From: a virus
Length of the DNA stretch: 64,000 bases
IMG/VR virus record: IMGVR_UViG_3300009709_000003
Location: 32,001 to 96,000 of that record
Strand: one strand, 5' to 3'
The translations under genes were made by a program, and so were the position numbers. Each line of letters starts with the position of its first letter. Position 1 is the first letter of the stretch. This document shows positions 58,014-64,000 of the stretch, piece by piece. The notes under the pieces were generated by a model, which saw nothing but the letters and a program-made list of their open reading frames with translations, was not told where the DNA came from and ran no database searches.

Positions 58014-58418
58014 ATGATGCAGGCGAACCATTTGATTTTTGCGGTAGGTAGTGTGGTAGTAGGGATTCTTGGAGTCGCATACATCCGATATTCGAAACCA
58101 TTTACGGAGACTAAAATTTCTGAGGTGGTGGGACGTCCTCGTTTAAATTGGGTGGTTGGTAGCTATGTGGCCGGTGATAAACTGTGGACTGCCGATGCGT
58201 CTTTCCATAAAAGAATCGGTCTAACCAGTCAGCAGAGCCATGATTTGATGGAGGGGCGGGCCATTGTGGTCGATGACATTTTATTTGATAAGCTTATCAG
58301 GGAACAAACTCCTTTCATCTCTTCCTATAAAGAACAAAAAGGCGTATGTTTAATGTTTCCAGTTATATGGCGTAAGTCAGATCATGAAAAGTTATATAAG
58401 GAATACTACTTAAAGTAA
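58014..58418 (+). CDS. Membrane-anchored hypothetical protein
   Basis: N-terminal transmembrane segment. Confidence 0.5.
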   Translation: MMQANHLIFAVGSVVVGILGVAYIRYSKPFTETKISEVVGRPRLNWVVGSYVAGDKLWTADASFHKRIGLTSQQSHDLMEGRAIVVDDILFDKLIREQTPFISSYKEQKGVCLMFPVIWRKSDHEKLYKEYYLK

Positions 58419-58419
58419 T

Positions 58420-58435
58420 TGGCACGGCGGTTGCA
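58420..58435 (+). promoter_or_regulatory. sigma54 promoter
   Basis: TGGCACGGCGGTTGCA, perfect consensus, intergenic. Confidence 0.75.
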
Positions 58436-58462
58436 ATAAATTCCTCAACAGGAGAGAAATAC

Positions 58463-60339
58463 ATGGGTACAAAGCAGCGTATGATTATGTGGGGGCCGGG
58501 TGGTGGTGGTACGGACACGCACGTACAGTTTTTTGAACGCGGTGATAAGAACGCCAACAAGTTATTTGATCAACTTGTAGAGCTAGGTATGCCAAGCGTA
58601 ACCGCTTTGAATGTCGTTCTCCACAGTTCAGATGCCAGCTATGTGGACGAAAAGGTCGAAGAATAATATGACAAACGAAGAATGGCAAGCACTTTGCATC
58701 CTGAGCAGTATACTCTTAGGGACAATGCTGGCGGTTCTACTGAAACGCTTTATCAAGCTTTGATTCTCGCTATGATGTGAGAGACGATATGACGGCGACC
58801 TTCAATTTATACGTGATAAACCTTCATGGAGTTCAAAATGACAAGAACTAAGTTAGATACGGCGGCGGATGTTTTGCGTTGGGCTGGAATGGGCTTTAAA
58901 GATATGGGCGACCTGGGTGACTACGAAACCGCCGCCTACATTGCGGATGCTGTGACGATGTATCGACAGCGGCTAATAGACCACCCTGCCACGACTAAAC
59001 GCGTTCTAGAAAACGAGCGGCTGCGCCAAGCATTCGATGCGCTAGAAAAGCTTGGCTACGACAGTGGCGACTTGCTAGTACTGGAAGTTTTACAGAGCGT
59101 ACGCAACACAATGAAAGACAACAATAAGTAATCGCCGGACAAAAATTAGTTCTTGTTCCTTAAATGTGAAATATAGCGCCTAAGTCCGTGATTCCCCAAT
59201 CTGGTGTGAGATACAACAAGGGGAGCAAACGGTAAGTGAGCCAATAAAAGATACCTAAATGTCCACGTGACACGCAAAGATACCGCTAAACGACGAAATG
59301 GGTTCATGTAAGGCGTATAGCATTAGAGATACTCTCAATAAACAAAGCATTATACAACCGAGTAGGGAGATTCAAATGATTTCACGGCAAGCTATTTTTG
59401 ATTCCGTAGTGACACAGATGTTGGCCCAAAAACGAAAGTCCATGATAGGTGGCAAGTGCAAATACCGTGGTGAGAATGGACTGAAATGCGCGGTAGGTTG
59501 TGTACTTCCGGATGAGGTCTATACACCTGACCTTGAAGTTGGAATATCAGGTTTAATTGCTAAGCTGAAGAAGAGATACGGCGATTGTGAAATGGTTCGA
59601 GAGATGTGGCGGGACGAAGACTTATTGCGGTCTTTACAGCGTGTTCACGACTATCAACCGCCTAAGTCTTGGTATGAACGTTTTGGTCTAGTGGCCTATA
59701 AGTATGGATTGAAAATGCCCACAGGACTTTTGAAGTAAGGAAGGCTTGATATGAACGACTCGGTCAAAAAAGCAACAGATGAACAACTCCAACAAGAATT
59801 GAAGCGCCGCCAGCAAGACCGCGAGAGGGAAAAGCAGCGAGAAATCGAAGAATTAGAAGATCGTATTGCATGTCTTAAAAATCCTAATAGACATTCTCGT
59901 AAGTGTACTTGTTTTGTGTGTGGTGGGGATTTTTAATGTACACACTTAAGGCAGTGGCAGCGGGGTTCTTGTTGCCGTTATTTGTTTTTTCCTCGCAGGC
60001 GTACTTTTCGCCTTTGTCTGGGCGATTGAGCAGTTTGGCATCCGGGTTCTCTGCGTGGTGATTTTCCTAATTGTGTGGTTTATAGGGTACCTAATGTCTA
60101 GGGACGGACGAGGAAAATAAATGAAGACTGGTATTTTGCTGTTGATGATGTTTGGTATTTCTGGTTGCGTTACTGATGCTAAGGCTTGTTGGGGAGACTA
60201 CTGCAAACCCGAAACTGTTTTGGTACGACCAATAAGGAATGAACATACCACCATTTATCAAATTGTGGATGCGGAAAACGGCATTGTTTGCTATACTCGG
60301 GGCGACGGTCTTTCGTGTGTGAAAGCGAATACAAAATGA
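58463..60339 (+). other. Small hypothetical genes (58463-58666, 58826-59131, 59376-59738, 59751-59936, lipoprotein 60121-60339)
   Basis: RBSs present; 59376 has CKYRG..GLKCAVGC motif; 60121 has lipobox ISG-C. Confidence 0.55.
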
Positions 60340-61121
60340 ACAAGAAAGAAGAACTTTTACGGTGGTTAAAGACAACCAGCAATTTCCAAGCGATTGGCAT
60401 GCCTGTAAGTATGCACGAACTCATCAAAGAGGCACTCGCTGAGGAGTTTAAAGCAGGATGTTCGGAAAGTGCGACAGCACTTAATCCCGAAATCGAGAAG
60501 TTGCAGCGTGAATTAAAGTCGCGTGCAGACGCCATCAAAGAGCGCGACGCTGCGCGTGCGGAGTTGGCGGCAGAGAAACGGCGTGCTGACCGTTTGGCGG
60601 CGGGCGAAGAAATTGAAAGCGATTATCTGGTCGCTTCCGACCATAAAATACTTGGACTTATTGCCGAACGCGACGAAGCCCTATCCAAACTGAGGCAACT
60701 GCGTGAATACGTTGAGACACGTGGTCAGTATTGGGCTTGGCGTACTGATCTACTTGCAATTCTTAATCCGCCGCGTGAAACCGTGCATCAGTATTGTGAG
60801 AAACACGAGGACTGCGCCTGTTTGGACAGCATCGCTAACATTGAAAGTACATCACCCACCAAAGTTGCATATGATCTTGTTGAGCGCGAAGTGGTTCTGG
60901 TGAAGGATCAATACAGTTCAAGTGCACAAGTTGTAGACTACCCATCTCATTTCGCCGAGATGAGGAAACATTTATGGCTAGGTGGGATCGCTAAAGTAAC
61001 TTTTAAAGTGCCACGTAAGAGTTTAGCAGAGCGTTTGGAGGCCGCAGTGGAATCCGGTTCAACGGAAGAATTTGCTGAAGCCATTAAAGCGGTACGTGAA
61101 TTGGAAAGTAAGGTAAAGTAA
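60336..61121 (+). CDS. Coiled-coil hypothetical protein (paralog of 45256-46239)
   Basis: Shared C-terminal module. Confidence 0.6.
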   Translation: MNKKEELLRWLKTTSNFQAIGMPVSMHELIKEALAEEFKAGCSESATALNPEIEKLQRELKSRADAIKERDAARAELAAEKRRADRLAAGEEIESDYLVASDHKILGLIAERDEALSKLRQLREYVETRGQYWAWRTDLLAILNPPRETVHQYCEKHEDCACLDSIANIESTSPTKVAYDLVEREVVLVKDQYSSSAQVVDYPSHFAEMRKHLWLGGIAKVTFKVPRKSLAERLEAAVESGSTEEFAEAIKAVRELESKVK

Positions 61122-61226
61122 TGTGGCGTTGGTTGTTGCTTCCTGTGTTGCTGGTTTACGAAAATACTGTGGGTTATGGCACAATCGACACCCTAGACAA
61201 AATTATTGACTGGATGGAGGACTGAC

Positions 61227-62984
61227 ATGATCAAAAAGTGGAGTGACGAGGAAATTAGTAAAGTGTGTGAAGAAGCACTTAGGACTTATGACCATCCACT
61301 TATAGTGGGACAGCTCGCCAGCATGCTGCTAGATGCACGGAGCGAGATTTCGGCTTTAAAGAAGCTATGTGAATATCAAGTGATAGCAGAGATGGTTTTT
61401 CAAAATGCACGTAATGATGCGGCACTGGAAGCCTTAACCAGTTTTGCGTTTTATGTGGCTCAAGAATGTGCAACTCCATTGGCCAACGAAGCTATATGTG
61501 AATTGCATCGTCGTATTAATGCTCTTAAGGGGAATACAAAAAGCCTATGACTGGATGGAGGATTGACTTGAACGAGGAAAAGCAAAACTTGACGCATGCT
61601 AGTCTAGAAGAAGAGGCTGAGCAGGATGCAAAAGATTACTGCATGTGTGGTGAACGCATGGACACCCACAGTGTATATAACAATCACAGTCCTGTTAGCG
61701 TGTATGATTATACAAAATCACAAGAAAGCGTAGATCATGAGCCTAAGTAAACGGTTGAAATATAGTGAAGGTGGCGAATTGCTTGGTCTTGATCCAGGGA
61801 TGGACATCATCGGAGAAATCGAAGATCTAGAGTTTTATCTTGATCAGGCTCATCAGGCTCTTCGACACAATGAAAAACTTCAACAGGATCTTGCTGTTAA
61901 CAGATCGGTCGAAACGAAACATAGTAATCTAAAATTTAAGTACCCAAGGGGTAGCAATCTTATTGATATCGACGGCAACATAGGTGAAGTTGTTGAAGAT
62001 AAAGGCGACACCGTGCACTACCGTGTTGGGCATGCGCAATTTGAATATACGAAAAACCACGTGTTTCCATACACTAAACGTGGTGCTTTTGAATTGTTTC
62101 TTCGTTGGGTCAGGAGCATTTAAAATGATCAAGTGTCCACACTGCCATCATTCTTGTATAGTACCCACAACAGAATGTATCAATTGTGAACGTTCACTGA
62201 GGGTTAAATCGTGAAAGTTAGTACTCTCTTAAAGAAAACGCGTAAAATCATCGCTAAAGAAGAAAATTGGACCAGAGACGCTGACGCTAGAGCCGCTAAC
62301 GGTAACGCCATAGGTGTGCATACCCAGGGAGCGTGCGCCTATTGTGTAGGAGGAGCACTGCAAAAAGCATATGGAGATCATTATTTGATTGGGAACACCA
62401 CATTCTTGAAAGCGGCCAGACTTTTACACGAAGATGCTCAACGTTATGGATTCCAAGGTTTTGTGCATGCCAATGACAGCGCAGCCACCACCCATAAACA
62501 AGTTTTACGGGCTATCGATCGATGTATTGAAGTTGCTAAAAAGGAGGAATTTAATGCATAAATATTTAGTTACAGTAGAGATGACTCGCACCGAGTTTGA
62601 CTCAGTCGAAATTGAAGTTGAGGCAAAGGACGAGAAATCTGCTCGTAAACAGGCAGAAGAAACTGTTAAGAATAATCCGAATTACGATGACTGGGAAGAT
62701 TATGACGCTGGTGCAGTCGAGAAATTGGATCCATAATGGTAGAAAAACATCCAGGATTGGTCATACTTTTGATTACGGGGGTTCTATTTGTAGGCATCGC
62801 CTATCTTATCTCTATTGAGGAGAATTGGGAACACACTAGTAAGTGTGAATACATCTCCACACATCATTGTTACTATCTAGATACTTATTCTACCCCAGGT
62901 ATGCATGTTACCTACACCTGCGTACTTAACAACGGCCCCATTACAACCCATCAAGATATCGACGTTCCAGGCAAGTGCAAATAG
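61227..62984 (+). other. Run of small hypothetical genes (61227-61550, 61568-61750, 61737-62123, 62211-62561, 62554-62736, 62736-62984)
   Basis: Coupled ORFs with RBSs. Confidence 0.55.
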
Positions 62985-62991
62985 TAAATCT

Positions 62992-63007
62992 TGGCATGTC
63001 TTGTGCA
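62992..63007 (+). promoter_or_regulatory. sigma54 promoter
   Basis: TGGCATGTCTTGTGCA; predicted +1 coincides with the ATG at 63019. Confidence 0.6.
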
Positions 63008-63018
63008 ATACTAAACGT

Positions 63019-63429
63019 ATGGCAAACATCGCTCGTTTAGAAGCCCTAGCTGACTGGATTGAAACCAATGTCACACCCGAACAATTCTATTTCGGGGATT
63101 TTTGGAATGGGGTAGCCTACAGCCCTGACCAAGCGTGTGGAACGGTCGCATGCCTGTGCGGTTGGGCTCCCGCTGTGTTTCCCGAATTGCAGCAGGCATG
63201 GAATAAGAGTTTGCATTATTCCAAGTTTAACAGCGCTGTAGTTCAAGTATTTCTAGATCTATCAACTGATGATTTTCACAGATTGTTCCTACCTGGTGAC
63301 GAATGCGACGGATTAAGCGGACTTCAAAAAGATGCCAGTCTGGCCGACGCTATTTTTCATCTCCGTTGGGAAATCGAACAATTTAAAACGGAACTGACAT
63401 GTGATCCTCTAACTACGAGAAAGACATGA
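63019..63429 (+). CDS. Hypothetical phage protein (CGTVACLCGWA motif), probably leaderless
   Basis: MANIARLEALADW; no RBS upstream. Confidence 0.6.
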   Translation: MANIARLEALADWIETNVTPEQFYFGDFWNGVAYSPDQACGTVACLCGWAPAVFPELQQAWNKSLHYSKFNSAVVQVFLDLSTDDFHRLFLPGDECDGLSGLQKDASLADAIFHLRWEIEQFKTELTCDPLTTRKT

Positions 63430-63568
63430 CCAACAAAGAAATAAATCGACTGGCTCTGTTGTTGATTAAACAAGCCACATGCGACCATAGTGGTGGTAGG
63501 GTGTATGGTTTTAAGACCACTTGTATTTCCTGTGGTAAAGTTCTCAAGGAAGTATGGGGTCGTAGGCG

Positions 63569-63802
63569 ATGAATTTGAAACTGGTCGTTAACAACAAGGA
63601 CGAAACACTCCCGACTGTCCATGAATTATGGAAGGAAGGTCGGAGTAACTATTGGGGTAGAAGCCCTAAATTGTTATGTCGCATCATCGGATGTTCGCCT
63701 GGCAGTGGTGGTATTCGTAAAGTTAGTTGTATGTCTCTATGGGGAGATTTGTTTGAGTGCAAGCGGTGTTGCCGCATTATCGCAGTAGATGCGTGGGATT
63801 AA
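63569..63802 (+). CDS. Small Cys-rich hypothetical protein
   Basis: 77 aa. Confidence 0.4.
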   Translation: MNLKLVVNNKDETLPTVHELWKEGRSNYWGRSPKLLCRIIGCSPGSGGIRKVSCMSLWGDLFECKRCCRIIAVDAWD

Positions 63803-64000
63803 GATGAACACAAAAAGAAATACGTCGATGCAAGCGGACATTCTACTCTTGATCGACAAGGTGGACAGGTTGCAAGCCGAAGTCGCGAGCCTTAAACGCG
63901 AAATGCGAAAATCAAACGAGCCTAAACAAATCGTTGCGTTTAAAACGTGGCGATACGGCGACCGTATTTTCCGCGTGCCTGCTGAAACTTTTCGTCGTAC

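Noticed and set aside
1-64000. tRNA genes and stop-codon reassignment
   Set aside because: No cloverleaf spotted by eye (tRNAscan-SE not run); genes are full length in code 11 and use all three stop codons.

Overview
This window is a 64-kb piece of a large lytic tailed-phage genome in the standard genetic code, with no rRNA, tRNA or CRISPR array detected. Positions 1-33.6 kb are one minus-strand morphogenesis block: a signal-peptide-bearing tail-fibre-like gene that runs off the left edge, major capsid protein, decoration protein, prohead protease/scaffold, portal, terminase large subunit with a LAGLIDADG intein in its Walker A motif, several large modular head proteins punctuated by K/R-x-A motifs, a J-domain protein and a LexA-like repressor. 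Positions 33.7-44 kb carry hydrolases and regulators: lytic transglycosylase, ClpP-like protease, patatin, GH5, a sigma70-like factor, a SLOG protein and HTH-repeat proteins. Positions 44-64 kb are a divergent early/host-takeover region of small genes, including two ArdA-like genes, an SF2 helicase, KTSC and lipoproteins. The most striking unannotated signals are: (1) 16 sigma54 (-24/-12) promoter consensus sites, mostly sitting just upstream of genes and often in duplicated promoter-RBS cassettes; (2) two type II hammerhead ribozymes between early genes; (3) a 53-aa SutA-like RNA-polymerase-binding peptide missed by the ORF track; (4) an IscB/RRXRR PLMP-like domain with a multi-hairpin RNA leader fused to a late gene; (5) head proteins that look like protease-processed polyproteins with shared modules. 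All family assignments come from motif recognition, not database searches.
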